From the human T2T-CHM13v2.0 reference genome, Homo sapiens: a stretch of 64,000 nt of DNA. The position numbers and the translations under genes are program-made. The stretch lies in NCBI RefSeq assembly GCF_009914755.1, contig NC_060930.1. One strand, written 5' to 3'. Positions 43,801-63,064 of the stretch are shown here, in pieces (within the stretch, counting starts at the first letter, position 1; every line of letters starts with the position of its first letter). The notes beneath the pieces are model-generated. The model made no database searches, was not told the origin of the DNA, and was given only the letters and a program-made list of their open reading frames with translations.

Positions 43801-44920
43801 GATTACTTTTTCCTGAAGATGAATCCAGGGTGTTGGCTGGGTAGAGCACTTTGGCTTTGATTCTTGGTGCGTGCAGTAGTGTAGTCTCTGACTTTTTTTT
43901 TTGTCTGTGAAGAGCATCAGTGGTATCTATGATTTCCTTTGTGGCTTAGGGTGTGGTTGTTAGTTGAGGCTGTGGTGATGTTCTGCTGGAGACTGGATTC
44001 CAAGTAGGCCAGTCTTTGGGCCTCAGTAGGTGTAGTGGTGGGCTTAGCATGCCTATCCTTTGGTCCCAGGGTGACATATGCTGGCATGGGTGTTAGTGGG
44101 TCTACGCAGGCCAGATCTTGGGCGTGTTGGTGGCTTACTCAGATGCCAATGTTGCCAGCCATGAGCTGGGCAGGTGGGTGAGTTCTCAGGCCCCTGGACA
44201 GCCAGTGTCACATGGGTAATGGTAGTGGCAGGATGACCCTCTGGGTCCTGAGCAGTGTGTGATGGTGTTGGCAATGACTGTGATGGGCACGGTAGACCAG
44301 TCTCCAGGCCTGCAGGTGGCACCAACTAGGTGTCAGATATGGTGGTAGTGGCTGGCTAGGTAGGCTAACCTCAGTCCCTTGGGAGGAGTGATCAGGTGGT
44401 GATGCTGGTGAACTGGGCTGGACAATCCTGTGGCTCCCAGACTGTGTGCTCCAGCATGGGGACAAGGGGCAAAGCAGGCTGGGCTGGATTGTTCTCAAAT
44501 CCCCTCATGGTGTGTATAGACACTGGCCATGGTAGGCATGGTAGGCAGGGGTGGGACAATCCCTCATGCTGCTGCCCTGCCACTGTGGTGGGAAGTCACT
44601 GCCTTCACTAATGGCATTCTAGACTGGTGACTGCAGAATGTGTGTACCACTTGCTCTTCAGCCCCAGGTGCAGTTGCTTGCACCTAAGATCCCTGGTCAG
44701 CAGCCAGCTCTTCTTTTGCAACTTAGCCCCAGAATCGCTGGGCTCCAGAATGGTTCACATTCTTTTGGGTTAGGCTCTTAAATGGTGCCTCACTTGAGTC
44801 TCAGTCCTAAAAGTGGCATCCTGCACCTCCTTCATGCTTTTACCTCTGGTGTTAAACTCCAGGGGCAGCAGCCTGTGCTTCTCTTGAACCTCAGTCCTGG
44901 AACTACTGGAGTCCAGGCTA
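40865..44920 (-). mobile_element. L1MA-like element with 3'UTR, large ORF2 deletion, ORF1 and 5'UTR
   Basis: L1MA 3'UTR at 40865-41450 and ORF2 C-terminus to ~42255. It then jumps to the ORF2 N-terminus, followed by ORF1 (~42760-43800) and a GC-richer 5'UTR. Confidence 0.85.
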
Positions 44921-44949
44921 CTCTTAAAAAAAAAAAACTTTTCTAAGAA

Positions 44950-46222
44950 AAGAAACAGTCAGATAGGCCATAGTTAGAGGGAGATTTGGGGTTAAGGGGA
45001 GGGTCTTAAATGTGGAATAGCTTTGCTCATGGGAATAGGCTGAGAAAAGAAGGCAGCAGGAAGGGAGAAGTAAAAGATTGTCTTGATGTGATAGAGTCCC
45101 TAAGACAATAAAGGGGTTGGGATACAAAATAGAGCAGAGAGACTCACTGCAGATTGAAGAAAAGACAGCGGTGCATGGAACTGAGAGAGAAAAATGCATG
45201 GATAGATGTAGAGAGAGGAATTTGAACTTTCTTATTCCAAACATTGACCAGGCAGAGCAAGGCCAAGGACAAGAACATTTCTCCAATCTGCTCTTGCTTG
45301 GGCATAGGCATCAACTAAGAGTTAGAAAACTTATTGACAGAAGCTTGTGCCGATGACCTTTATTTTCTTTGTGAAGTAGATAATGACCATTAGGAAGGGC
45401 AGGGAGAAGTAGTAGGACTAAATACTTGAAGAGACTTATGAAGATATGAAAGAGCCTCAAGATGGAATATGAAGAGAAGCCATTCAAAGACACAGAAAAC
45501 TGTTTACCAGCATTAAAAATATAATGGAGTTCTAGGTCATAAATATGTAGGAGTTCAAATTCTCTCACCTTATACTTCATTTGTAAAATCTTTTTGTTCA
45601 ATGGCATTTAATAAGCTGGATATGGAGCAAAGAAGAACAGCTGGATTGGTTCAGAGGTGTATTTCTAAAAAAGCAAATAGAGGGGCAAGTGGCAAGGGAG
45701 TTTGGGTTTTAGTCAAGGTATGTTTTAAATGATGATCATAGTAAATAAGGAAGAAAAAATATAAAGTGGAGGAATAAACCATACTGGAGGACATACCAAG
45801 GATGAAGAATAACCTCAGCAGGAAAAAGAGAATGAGAGAGCAAGGTGGACAAGAGATAGAGATGAGAGAGAAGACCACCGAAATTTGACACCTCAGGGCT
45901 GGGGAATCGCTAAATAAGGACAGGATGCCAGGCAGTGGCCAAGGGAGGGAATGGGGGAAAGAGGAAGGAAATAAAATTTCTGAAATTAGAGGAGGTTAGG
46001 TAAAACTGAGGATGTAGGGCCTATCTGAACACTGAATTCCTTCAGGATAATGAAAACCAAGATGCCATACATCCTTACCTGTTGCCCAAAAGATAAAGAC
46101 AGCTATTCCCCAATAGGCCAGCAAAGCATATGATTATGGCTTATTTGTGTTTGGAATTTCTAGTGTATAGCAAAATGACTGAGACATATCAGTGCTCAAT
46201 AAATCTTTGTTGAATGAATAAG
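44950..46222. mobile_element. Decayed L2 fragments, including a plus-strand L2 3' end at ~46135-46222
   Basis: Purine-rich L2-antisense texture, and GTGCTCAATAAATCTTTGTTGAATGAAT terminus. Confidence 0.55.
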
Positions 46223-46577
46223 TAATCAAGAGGTGATAGGTAAGTTTACGTTCTTCCAACTTATTTATTTCTCAAATGAAATAAAGCAAGTGACATTCCT
46301 TGTTTTCCACCAAAGAAAGGATTAAAAAAAGGTAAGTAAAGCTGTGAATGTGCAGAAATTATGAGAATTTCTTATGGAAAAGGCTTGTGATTCTGGCTCA
46401 GGTATTTGAGATTGTTACCATTATTGATTACTGTGCCTAAGCTTATAATTAAAAAACACTGTAAACTAGGCCAACACATCCAAAATTCATATATTTTATG
46501 AATCATTTTTTGGCATTAAACCCTGGCCAACAAGGTAGGGAAATATAAGGCAGCAACTGGGAATACAGCCAGATTAG

Positions 46578-46892
<315 letters not shown>

Positions 46893-47039
46893 TAGATATT
46901 TTCTGTGTCATACCTGCATCGCCTAACTCTTTGTGGTTGAGAGGGCAATTCTTGCTCTTGCTTCAATGGAACAAGGAGTCAATGCTTAAGCTTATGATCT
47001 TCCATTTCCCTGTCCATGTGTTTACTGCTTTCATCATTT

Positions 47040-47152
47040 TAGCCAGGCATAGTGGCACACGCTTGTAGTCCCAACTACTTGAGAGGCTGAGGCTGGAGAA
47101 TCACTTAAACCTGGGAGGCAGATGTTGCAGTGATATTGCAGTTGTATTCCAG
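47040..47152 (+). mobile_element. Alu right-monomer fragment
   Basis: TAGCCAGGCATAGTGGCACACGCTTGTAGTCCCAACTAC...GTTGCAGTGA. Confidence 0.85.
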
Positions 47153-49335
47153 TACAACCTGCTGACTCCTTCATACAAATCTGACAGTTGGCAGGTACAG
47201 AGGTGCCACCAACCTGTCTTTACCCTCAGCCTTACTTTCTCTGACTGTTGGCTTCCATTAAACTTGACTTCCTATTGATATTCTGCATCTCCTTGGCTGA
47301 GTTCCTCAGCTTGCAATTTCTTTGGCTCCTTTTCCAGTTTTTGACATTTGACTCATTCTCTTTGGCAAATGTATTTCCTTTGGGGATGGAAATGGCATGG
47401 ATGATGTGAAAAGAGAGTCTGAAATGGCCCAGGAGAAATTTTACTTACTTTATTATATTCTGGGAATCTCACTGATATTCCAGTTCTGAGGATTGGTAGT
47501 AACAACAGACTTTAATAACCATGTATAATTATTTCTTTTGTTATTTTTTGTAGTATTTGCTTAAATATCAAATGTTTGGAAAGTGTTCACAATGCATTTA
47601 CTCGTGTGGGTTTTGTTCTACTCAAGCAATCCTTTCATTTTCTCATAAAGGCTTTGAGTTACAAGCATACCTTTAGATATGACCAAGGTGAGGTCTCCAA
47701 GCTGGGTAAATCTAGGTTTATATTTAAAGTATTGTGGGCCAGGAAGAAGACTGTGACTGAAAGGTGCCCAAAGGCGTTTTCCTGTTTGACTATTCCATGT
47801 GATTAGAATGGTACCTACTCTTTTTGTAATGAAAATATATTCTATAGTGCTTTCACTATTTTAACTATAGTCTCTCATAATGATTTTTTTCATCTACTTA
47901 AAGATTTGTAGTAATCGAAACAGCATGAGGCATTCCAATAGAATGTTAGTAGCTTTTTTTGTTGAAATGATCGTCCATATTTTAGAGGTGCTTTAGAGAA
48001 ACATAATTTTCAATAATGATATTCCATAAACTAAAGGCCAAAAGACATTTTAATAGCATGAATAAAGGTCATTTGGTCCATCCTGTCTGGTAAAACACAC
48101 TTTGTTTTTTAGATGACAGCATTTGTTTCCCGTGCCTTCATATACACTTTGTGCAAGTTGTAGAAGTGTAAAATGCAAAAGTTATTTATTTTATTATTTT
48201 ATATTCCTTATTCTTATTTTACATTTATAGCAATGTCTTTGTGTTTTTAGGAACATGTTCAGCATTGTCAAACTAATATGTTTGACAATGATTAATGCAA
48301 TGTAAAATATACAGATTCAAAGATTAAATTTCTGGCTATTCTATTACTTTGCTACTCCGATATTAGACGATTAAAATGATCTTATTTACTTTACTCAACA
48401 GAAATGCATAGGGACCCAATTTTTTCATCCTTTTCAATTGAATTAAGAGCTTGAACGCTTAGTTGGGATGGTTTATTTTGATGCTGAGGGTTATTCATAA
48501 ATTTAATCCTCTGAATATATCTTATTTCTTTGTGGAATTCTGGTATGTTTTATTTTTTCTCATGTTCTGCTGCCAAAAGTGTTTATTTCATGAACACTGG
48601 GCATTTGGACCAGGATTAGTTTGGTTGGTAGTATTTTTTATTTTGCTGTCAACCTCTTTCAATGTAGCTAATTGGGTAAGTAAATTTTTGTTTTAAAACA
48701 AGTTGGCCAGGAAACTTCTCCCATCAGCTTCCTACAATACCTCTACCTTACGTTTTTGTACCACAGAGGTAGTTTGGGAATGCAATTCTAACTCCTGCAC
48801 TTACCAGATCATTGAGGTACCTTTTAGATAAAAAACCTACAATAATTCCACTATTGATTTATAGTTAAAGTTTGCGGTCAGGGCTCAAGGTTTTAAAAGA
48901 GAGTATGTGGGCCTCAATGCTCATGGGACTTAGGTGCTGATGTACTTGGTCACTAAAGGGTTTCTGTGGATTACACTGCTGCTTGAACTACTACTATACA
49001 CAGAGGTACTTCTTTGTTTGGTTAAATTATTGAATCAAGATCCCTGCAATAAGTAGACTAGATTTCAAGGATGTTTTTACAATGATTGTATTAAGGGAAA
49101 GAAATCACCAGGTAATTGCTACTGCTTGATGGCCCATTACCCTATATACATGGGAGAATCAGTTTGGTTTGGCATGCAAACTAGAAATCATGGCATGTGT
49201 ATATATGGGAGGGGAGAGATGATGGTGGCAAGAAGTTAAGGGTAGTCTGGCTCCAGGGGTGGTGGGACATACTGTCAGGGTTATATATTACAAATAAATT
49301 GTAGTCTTTCAAATTTAAAGTTTAAAGCACTGTTT

Positions 49336-49739
49336 AATTTAATTTTATCATTATTATTATTTCAGTAGTTTTTGGGGAACAGGCAGTTTTTGGTTACATG
49401 GAAAAGTTCTTTAGTGATGATTTCTGAGATTTTAGTGCACCCGTCACGCAAGCTGTGTACACTCTACCCAATGTATACTCTTTTATCCTTCACCTCTCTT
49501 CCACCATTCCCCCTGAGTCCCCAGAATCCATTGTATCATTCTTATGCCTTTGTATCATTCTTATGCCTTTGTATCCTCATAGCTTAACTTCAACTTATAA
49601 GTGAGGACATATGATGTTTGCTTTTCCATTCCTGAGTTAGTTCACCTAGAGTAATGGTCTCCAGCTCCATCCAGGTCGCTGCAAATGCCATTATTTCATT
49701 CCTTTTTATGGCTGAGTAGTATTCCATGGTATGTATATG

Positions 49740-49771
<32 letters not shown>

Positions 49772-50810
49772 CAACATTTTCTTTTATCCACTTGTTAGTT
49801 GATGAACATTTAGGCTGTTTCAACATTTTTGCAATTGCAAATTGTGCTGCTAAAAACATCCATGTGCAAGTGTCTTTTTATATAATGACTTCTTTTCCTC
49901 TGGGTAGATACCCAGTAGTGGGATTGCTGGATCAAATGGCAGTTCTATTTTTAGTTCTTTAAGGAGTCTCTATACTGTTTTCCATAGCGGTTGTACTAGT
50001 TTACATTCCCACCAATAGTGTAAAAGTGTTCTCTTTTCACCACATCCATGCCAATATCGATTATTTTTTTGGTTTTTTGATTATGGCCATTCTTGCTGGA
50101 GTGAGGTGGTATCACATTGTGGTTTTGATTTGCATTTCCCTGATAATTAGTGAAGTTGAGCATTTTTTCATGTTTCTTGGCCACTTGTATATCTTCTTTT
50201 GAGAATTATCTATTCTTGTCCCTAGCCCACTTTTTGATAGGATTATTTGTTTTTTTTTTTTTGCTGATTTATTTGAGTTCTTTGTATATTCTTGACATTT
50301 GTCCTTTGTCAGATGCAGAGTATGCAAATATTTTCTCCCACTCTGTGGGTTGTCTGTTTACTCTGCTGATTATTTCTTTTGCTATGCAGAAGCTTTTTAG
50401 TTTAATTAAGTCCCATCTATTTATCTTTGTTCTTGTTGCATTTGCTTTTAGGTTCTTGGTCATGAACTCTTTGCCTAAGCCAATATCTAGAGGAATTTTT
50501 CTAATTTTCTAGAATTTTTATGATGATGATCCAGTTTCATTCTTTTACATGTGGCTTCCAATTATCCCAGCACCATTTATTGAATATGGTGTCCTTTCCA
50601 CACTTTATGTTTTTGTTTGCTTTGTCAAAGGTCAGTTGGCTATAATATTTGGCTTTATTTCTGGGTTCTCTATTCTGTTCCATTGGTCTACATGCCTATT
50701 TTTATACCATGCTCTTTTGGTAAGTATAGTCTTGAAGTAGAGTTCGAAGTCGGATAATGTGATGCCTTCAGATTTGTTCTTTTTGCTTAGTCTTGCTTTG
50801 GCTCTGCAGG
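49336..50810 (-). mobile_element. 5'-truncated L1PB
   Basis: L1PB 3'UTR (TTTTGGGGAACAGG..TTTGGTTACATG). 13-bp TSD TAA(A/G)GCACTGTTT (49323-49335 / 50811-50823). Internal (TA)n at ~49746-49771. Confidence 0.9.
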
Positions 50811-50815
50811 TAAGG

Positions 50816-50993
50816 CACTGTTTCTTAAAGTATGATGGGTTGATCACCTGCAGCAGATTACTTGGGGTGCTTATGAAAATGCAGATTCTGAGGCTTTACT
50901 TTGCACCTTATAAATCAGAAACTCTGAGTGTTAGAATCAGGAATCTATTTCCAACAGTCTCCCTGAATGATTCTAGGATGTTGAGAACAACTG
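50816..50993. mobile_element. MER5A-like hAT MITE
   Basis: CACTGTTTCTTAAAG...AAAATGCAGATTCTG...AATCAGAAACTCTG...TTGAGAACAACTG. Confidence 0.85.
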
Positions 50994-53226
50994 CAATCCT
51001 AAGTAAACAAGGCATTTGTCTGCTTTCTATCACTCCAACCACTGAAGTGCCATCTGCCATCCTTTTATAGTCAGAGATTTTAGCATAGCACTTCAAAATG
51101 GCAGCCCTCTGGGTTACTAAAATAAAACACTTGCAGATTTTAGATCAAGTAAAATGAAAGTGTTAAAGAATTCTAAAATTCCCATTGCTTGGTAACAATC
51201 TCATTACTTTGGCCACAAAGAGTTTTTAAAAATTCTCTTTATGTGAAATTCCTCTTTTGGAGAAGCTCTCACGTGCCCCTTGCTTGTTAAGCAAAATGCA
51301 AATATGACTGTCCAGATCTACATAGAAAAGAAAGAATATTATTGTTTAAGTAACAAACTTAATACATTTAACAAGGAATTTAGCTTGCTAAAATATAGAA
51401 TTCTAACCCATTTTCTTAGTACTTCATCTATTATGTAAATTGAGATAACCTTTTGATGTGGTTGGCTAGAAAATGGCTTTGTGTTGTGGGAACCCTGAAA
51501 ACTCAGGAGGCTTCAGTGGGAAAATGTATAGATAAGTTGAAATTACCTGGGGTGCAACTAATTTTACCATCTCTGCAGAAACCCTGTACTGTGTGATAAG
51601 GCTTATTGGTTGTTGACCAGTCACTGACTCAATGCTCATTTCTGAGCATTTGGGATTTATGATTTCTGGAGGAACTGTCAAACTCAATTACTTGACAGGG
51701 ACCTGCTGGGACCTACACAGGTGATGCTCAACTCAGTGCAAATCTAAAATTCTGACATTCTTTTTCTCTGAAACTTTGGGCCTTTGAAAAGATTTTCCTT
51801 AAGCAATAGAGAGGTTAGCTCAAATGCTGTCTCTCCCAGTTTTTGCCATAAATAGTCCCCTTCTGGACAACTCGTACATACCTTTTACCTCTGTTTTCGT
51901 TTTGGGTTCTTTACTTCTCTGTCTTGGCATGCATTTTGCTCTATAACCTTATATCAGCAACAGAGAAGTTGTCTGCCTCAGGCAGTTTGGAATTATCACA
52001 GGGCCGTAACAAAGGGGCCTTTTGTGTTGTTGTTATGGCATGTTCAGGATTTCACTAGTTGATCCAGTAATTCTAACAAACTTAAATATTTAGGATTTTA
52101 AATGCATTTTCCATCTTATCTGTTCAAAAACTGCTTCTATTTTAATAGTATTCTGGATACGATCTTTGAAAAATGAAATGTTTCTGCTCTCACCATGTGC
52201 TTTTCCCTAAAAAAGAGCCAAGGATTTAAGTTCAGTAATTTATATCTGTTGATTGATAGTTTGATTGCATTTTTACAGGAACCCATTCACTTTAAAGTGT
52301 TACCACAACTAGCATATATGTCTGTTATAACTTTTAACTCTAACTAAATGATTAAAAGGTTTTGTTTTTTCCTCTTAAAGCAATTTTAGGTGTCAACTAG
52401 GAGATAAAATGAAGGCAACACCTCAGGGTTACAACTGGGATGGGAGTTGGGGTAATAAAGGACTAATGACAGAAGAGATGGCCCGGGGCATTTTCTCCAG
52501 AGTGTTCCCTCCACCCCAAGGGAGAGGAGCTTACCTGGTTTAGTGAAGGATGCTGGAGTTCTTAATTTGTCATCAGATTCTGCCAGGTCCCAGAACTATT
52601 TGGGTGTGAGTAACAAGGACCCCAAATAATGGTGGCTTAGCCAAATTAGAATTTTTTCTCCTACACACAATTTTGTAAGTAGACAATTGTTGTGGATTGA
52701 ATTGTGTCCCCCCAAAAGATATGTCCCCCCAAAAAGATACCTTTCCCTTCCTTACCTGTGAATGTGGCCTTACATGGGAATAAGCTCTTTGCAGATGTCA
52801 TCAAATTAAGATGAGGTTATACTGGATTACAATGTACTCTAGTCCAATGACTGGTACCCTATTAAGAAGAGGGAAATTTGGATAGAAAGATACATAGAGA
52901 CTGTGCCTTGTGACGACAGAGGCAGAGACTGGGACGATGCAAATATAGGGCAAGGATTGCCTATATAAGGGTAAATACAAATTAAAAATAAGAGGCTTAA
53001 TTCTCCCTGTGAAAATTTACTTTAGAAAACTTTTAATTATAAATTCTTTATCTGCCTGTTAGAAATATGTAAATCTTTTAAAAAGGTAAATAAGCTTCTT
53101 TCCAGCTTTCTTCTCTTTAGGAATGTCTTTCTCCGGTACCTGGGAGCCATCTCTTTGAAATGCAATCATTAAGGAAGATAGTGCCCTATTTCCCAGTCTT
53201 CTTCTCTTTCTTTCTTTTTTTTTTTT

Positions 53227-53900
53227 CAGTGCACAAATGTTTATTGCTGCATTGTTTGAATTAGTAAATAAAACACCAAAACCTGGAGTCAACGTAAATG
53301 TCAATCAATAGGGCAAAGATGAAATCAATTATAATAATTTATATGATGAAATGAGGGGGGTTGGTCCATGAGCACTGACATGGATATATCACAAACATGT
53401 ACTCATAGGTTGTGTTAGTTTGCTAGGGCTGCCATAACAGAGTAACACAGACAGGGTGGCTTAAATTACAGCCATCTATTTTCTCACAGTCCTGGAGGCT
53501 GGAAGTCCAAGATCAAGGTGCTGTCAGTGTTAGTTTCCTCCCAGATCGCTCTCTTGGCTTGCAGATGGCCATTCCCTGGCTGGCTCTTCACACATCTCCC
53601 TCTGTGCAGACACACAGGGATCTCTCTGGGTATCCTAATTTCCTCTTCTAGTAAGGACACAAGTTAGATTGGATTAGGGCCCACCTGATGGCCCCATTTT
53701 AATTACTTCTTTAAAGACCCTATTTCCAAATAGAGTCTTTTTTTGAGGTACTGGGTGTTAGGATTTCAATATATAAATTTTAGGAGAGACAATTCAGCCT
53801 ATAATATAGATGAAAAAGAAGGCTGGGTAATGTTGTGATTAGCATAATCTCTTATGTATAATTGTAAAAGATATGTAAAGACTGGTATAGGCATTGAAAA
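53227..53900 (-). other. L1 3'-transduced segment (L1ME fragment containing an MLT1 LTR at 53411-53806)
   Basis: Lies between the L1 tail (T 53901-53909) and a second tail (53206-53226). AATAAA on the minus strand at 53240-53245. Enclosed by TSD TCTTCTTCT. Confidence 0.85.
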
Positions 53901-57817
<3,917 letters not shown>

Positions 57818-58338
57818 CTAACTTGGGCAGGCACCTCTCTCTAAAACTATCTGTTGCCACAAAGATAGGAGAAATTTATTTTTCCTGTGGATAAATCCAA
57901 TTAGCAAACACAGATGGTCACCCAGCTGCCAGGTGAATCTAGGATGTGTAACAAATGGCGCAGTCAAGTCCTCTTACTTAAGGACTAGTTATTTGTTTAT
58001 CTTGAGAACATGTACGGAATGAATTGTATAGGCTTGTCTGTAGAAAAGAGTGAATTTTTGTCTTCTGGGTTTGCAATCTGTTTGTGAAATGCCTGTGATG
58101 AACATCCCATTCTAGTTAATGCTTAGTGATTAATACAATTTTCTTTTTCTTCTAGCTTTGTTGAAAGGTTTTCTGGGTTAAGTGAATATCTTGTTTTTAA
58201 TTCTATTTTCCCAACACCAGCAACCACCAGAGATGGGGAGAGGCCAGGAAGGATCCATGCCTAGAGGGTTCAGAGTGAGCATGGCCTTGGCTTTGTGTTG
58301 ATTTTGAACTTCTAGCCTCTAGAGCTGTGAGAGAATAA

Positions 58339-58698
<360 letters not shown>

Positions 58699-59097
58699 AG
58701 TTTGTGGTAATTTGTTATGGCAGCCCTAGGAAAGTAATGTAGTAATCCAAGGCTGGATGGTAGCAATGCTTCTCAAAGTCCTCAAGGACTGAGTTCTTCT
58801 CTGGCCTTTATTCTGCCATCCCTAAGGTGTGCTCCTTGTCTTCATAGTTAGAGATGGAGATCAGGCCATCACATCTGTATCCAAGCAGCTGGATAGATGA
58901 AGAGGTAAGACGGGGCCAATGGCTAATACCAATTGTTCCTTTAGGAAGTCTTCTGAAAACTGTTACAGGAACTTCTACTTATATCCCATTGGGTAGAGCT
59001 TAAAGGTCACATAGCCACATCTAGGTTCTTCGAAATTTAGTACTTATTCCAGGTGGCCAGGTGTGTAGCTGAAAAGTGGATTACTATAGAAGAAGGG

Positions 59098-59715
59098 TGT
59101 AAACCAAAAAAGTGTCTAAGATAGTTCTCAATCAGTTTAGAGGTTTATTTTGCCAAGGTTGAGGATGCACCCAAGGAAAGAAGACACAAGCCACTTTGGC
59201 CTGTACTTTTTCCAAAGAGAATTTTGAGGGCTTTAATACTTAAAGGGGAAAAAGCAGGCAGGAGGATAAGGAGAAAAAAAAAGAGACAAATGAGACAAGC
59301 GGTTACATTCTTTTGAGGCTTTGAGTAGCACTCACTGAATCCACATGTTGCATGCGAAGAGGAGCGGGTAGAGGAATTTTTAATTATGTATTCATCTTAC
59401 ACTCAGTACATCTATATTTTACATAAAATAAAGTAAACATAGAGTAGAGGAAGATGTCCAATGTGCATTCATCTCAAGGTGGGCAGAGGGACTATTTCTA
59501 GTCTCCTCTTGTCCCACACCCATGAAGATAAGCTGTCAATTTACATTTGTCTGGGTGAGGGAGGCACCCTGTGGAGACATGTGGACTTCTATCTTGTAGC
59601 TATCTGTTTAGGAACAAAAGGAAAGGCAGCTGTTTTTGCATGACTCAGTTTCCAAGTTTAACTTTTCCTTTTGGCATAGTGAGTTTGGGTCCCAAGATTT
59701 TATTTTCCTTTCATA
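59098..59715 (-). mobile_element. MER4-family ERV1 solo LTR
   Basis: TGTAAACCAAAAA..GTTTATTTTGCCAAGGTTGAGGA ... CCCAAGATTTTATTTTCCTTTCATA, with 4-bp TSD AGGG. Confidence 0.85.
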
Positions 59716-61179
59716 AGGGGAAAAATAGAGATGAGGGACAACTTGTACTCTTTAATGTTCCCTCCTGTCCTCTTTCTTAGTTTGTCTTCCTGAATACATG
59801 ACACATTACTAATCTGAATTTACCACCTCTCATACTTTTTCTCTCCCCAGGATGGTCAGAGCCATATTTTGTAATTTTCTCTCAGAGTCAGATATTATTT
59901 GATTATTTTAAAAATATTTTCATATACATAACATCCTTCCCTCAAATTGATGTTCTGAAATGAACCTCCATGATTGAAAAGCCAGGCCCATCTCAGGTCG
60001 TAAGATTTGCAACCCAGCTAGGTGGCATTGGGAATTCTTCACTAATGTTGAACTGTTATCATGGACATGCTTTCATAGGAAAAAGGAATTCAAGAAGAAA
60101 TAGAAAATAAAACTGTCCTTAAATAATCCATAAGTGACTTAACTCAACAGAAAGTCTGTTACATTGCAACACGTGATACCAATTTCAAAATTACTGTCTT
60201 CCCACGAGCATCACTGTTTTAGAAAATATAAATAGGACGAACCTCAGAATGTAGTCTAAAAACTACAGAAATATTTTAATCTTCAGCTTTTATCATACTA
60301 ATAAATTAAATAATGTGGTCTTTTAAAAAGATGTGACTAAATTTAGTTTTTTAATTGAATATTAATTTTGGGGGGCAGAATAAGTGATGGTGGTGGGGTT
60401 TCTGGGTTTTTAAGCTTTGCTCTTCAATTCTATACTATCTCTAAATCCTTACAACAAATAAAGTTCCCATATGTTTCACAAAACATTGAAAGACATTTAA
60501 TTAGTGTTCATAAATACATCCTTTGAATGAAGAGAGATTCTTCTTCCTTCTTTTAGTGTGTTGAGTCCTCAGTTTAGCTGTCTTCTCACTTTATTCTTGG
60601 TGTGTTTCTGTTTTGTTTCAGCAATCTCTACAGCAAATTCTTGTTTGCACTAAAAAGTTGTCATATGGATTGTTTTGACTGTTTCCATGACATGCAAATG
60701 GATAAGGATTTTAAAAAATGTTCTCGGCTTTAAAACAAACCATATTTATTTACACATCTAGGTAACCAGACCACCTCTTAAACTTTATCGCTTGTTCTTC
60801 CTCTGGCTGAAAAGAGAACATTTTTGTACTTTTATGAGAGATTGGCAAAATGCCTGTTAACTCTCTGACCTACTGCTAAATATCATTCTGGACTATTACC
60901 TGCTTTATAGTCTTTTAGTTATTAGTAGTACTCTTGGACAAAAGCTACCACAGCCCTGCCCATAACCAGTTGGACAGAATTTCTATCTAGTAGGTTGTAT
61001 TAGCAAATGAGGCTAGAAGCTGAGCAGGGAGCTGAAGAGCCTTCAGATTTCTATGAAGCAAAAATGCCCTGACATAAGGAATCTCTAAGGGCTCAGCTGC
61101 CTGTTTGAAATAGCAGGAAGAGGAAAATGCAGGGAGAGGCCATTCAAAGTTGGCATCCCAATAAAATGATCCTGTCACT

Positions 61180-61620
61180 TATGAAAGAAATTCAGAGCTA
61201 GTTAGGAAGACTTGGGAGCCATTTGTATAGAGATGATAGTTGGAGCTTTCTAAAAAAGAGAAACATTCAAATGAAGCCTCGGAGAAACTCTGGGGAGAAG
61301 GAAATGGAGTCAGAGATGCAGTATTAGGAAGGTCAGTGAAGATAATGACAGAGACAAGGCCCCTAGGTTTACTGGTTGAGAAACCAGTTTTAGAAGCATG
61401 TAGGAAAATAAATCTGATTTTCAGGGGATGAAGAAATAAGTAAACGATAATATGCAAACAGGGTTACAGACAGCCCCTTCGAGAAGTTGCATGAGAAGAA
61501 ACAGGATGGAGTAGCTAGTGAAGGTTACATGGGGGCAGAAAATGTTTTTCCAGGCTAAGAAGATTTTTGGTAGCTTCGTGTGCAGTGGGAAAGGAAACAT
61601 GGAGGATGCAGGAGGACCCA
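61180..61620 (-). mobile_element. Decayed L2 fragment
   Basis: TTGGGAGCCATT..GTATAGAGATGATAGTTG and AAACCAG...GACAGCCCCTTCGAGAAGTT L2 motifs. Confidence 0.55.
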
Positions 61621-61834
61621 ACAAGGTTAAGGGGAGGCTGTTGTGTGTAGGGAAAAGAGACTTTAGACCCTGAAAGTGCTTGTTAGAATCCTCTAGCTAT
61701 ATATTGGTCAATGTAATTGGCACACTGGAATCATTTTATTCATCAGTAAAATAAAGACAAAATGCAGATAAAATAAAGATAAAAGTCTAGTGCGATATTC
61801 TGACTCCTAGTGTGATAGAAGCATGAGGAGAGAT

Positions 61835-62380
61835 GACAGGATGTTAGGGCTGGGAGAAATCTTCCAGAGAGTCTAGTGACGACCTGCTTATTTTACAAAG
61901 AAATGAGACCCAGAGGAATAGACTGGCCTGTTTAAAGTTATGCAACTGGTTGGAGAACTAGAATTTGCACCTGGAATTTCTGATTCTTAGTCCTCTTCTA
62001 CTATGTCATAGCACTGACAGAGGGGGAAATTTACAAGATAAACATTAACAGTAAAGTTCTAGGCTTGGCTTAAAAACCAAGCTACATGAGTACAGTTTGG
62101 AGAGGAGGGTGAAGAGGACAGCTGGCTTATTACCAGTTTATATAGGAAAAACTTCAGGGATCTTAGTTTTCCACAAGTACAATATGAGCCAACAGTACAA
62201 TCTGCTTCTGGAAAGGGTGACTTGGGGGATGGCCCAAACTGAGGATTTCAAACCACACCAGGAGCGTTCTGTCCAGTGGGATTCCTTGGTAACTCAATGT
62301 GAGACCAGAAGACCAGTGAGCAGAGTGGTGAGGTGGCAGTTTCCTTTGGTGAAGAGTTTTAGGGTTAAAATAACAATATT
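61835..62380. mobile_element. MIR fragment (~61835-62010) followed by a CR1/L3 fragment (~62025-62380)
   Basis: ATTTTACA..GAAATGAGACCCAGAG MIR core, and CACAAGTACAATATGAGCCAACAG L3 motif. Confidence 0.55.
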
Positions 62381-63064
62381 TAAAAGACTATTATGACTAT
62401 TTGGACTTACAGAAAAGTTGCAGAGATAGCACAGAGTTCCCTTTATACCCAGTATACAGATCCACTTTGCCCATCCATTACTGGAGACATCCAATTGCTA
62501 AACCAACCTTGCCTCAAGACAGCACCCAGTCCCTAGTTAGTCCTTATTTTTCCTAGTTTTCCCCAAGAAACAGCAACCAATGTAGACCTTGTCCCTGCTT
62601 CCCTTAGATACTCCTCAGACTCTTTCACAGAAGACAAACTTTTGAAAAGATGCTTCCCTCCTCCTACCTGCTGAGTAGCATTCTGTGTTTGCCTGGGAGT
62701 GCCCTCCCTTGCTGCATCTACATCGATAAATCTGAGTTTGTCAGAGTACAGGCTTGCCTCCAGTGGTCTTTGCCAGATCAGACTTTAATAACTTATATAA
62801 GTAGGAGGTCTGGTAGACTCTGCTATACTTTTTATAGATTTAAAGTTGACTTTGTGCATGAATGTACTGAATAGCCTATTTGATGCGATTTTGAAGGCAA
62901 TGGATGAGCAGCCCTCTGGTGTGTCTGAAGTGGTGGTGAGGTTGGTAAAGATGGACCAGGGTTTTGCCATACTAGATTAAAATTTTTATATACAGTGTCT
63001 ATTTTGTTAATGGACAATTAGAGATGGCAACAACACTAGTAAACCCCCTCGGTTTTGGTAAATG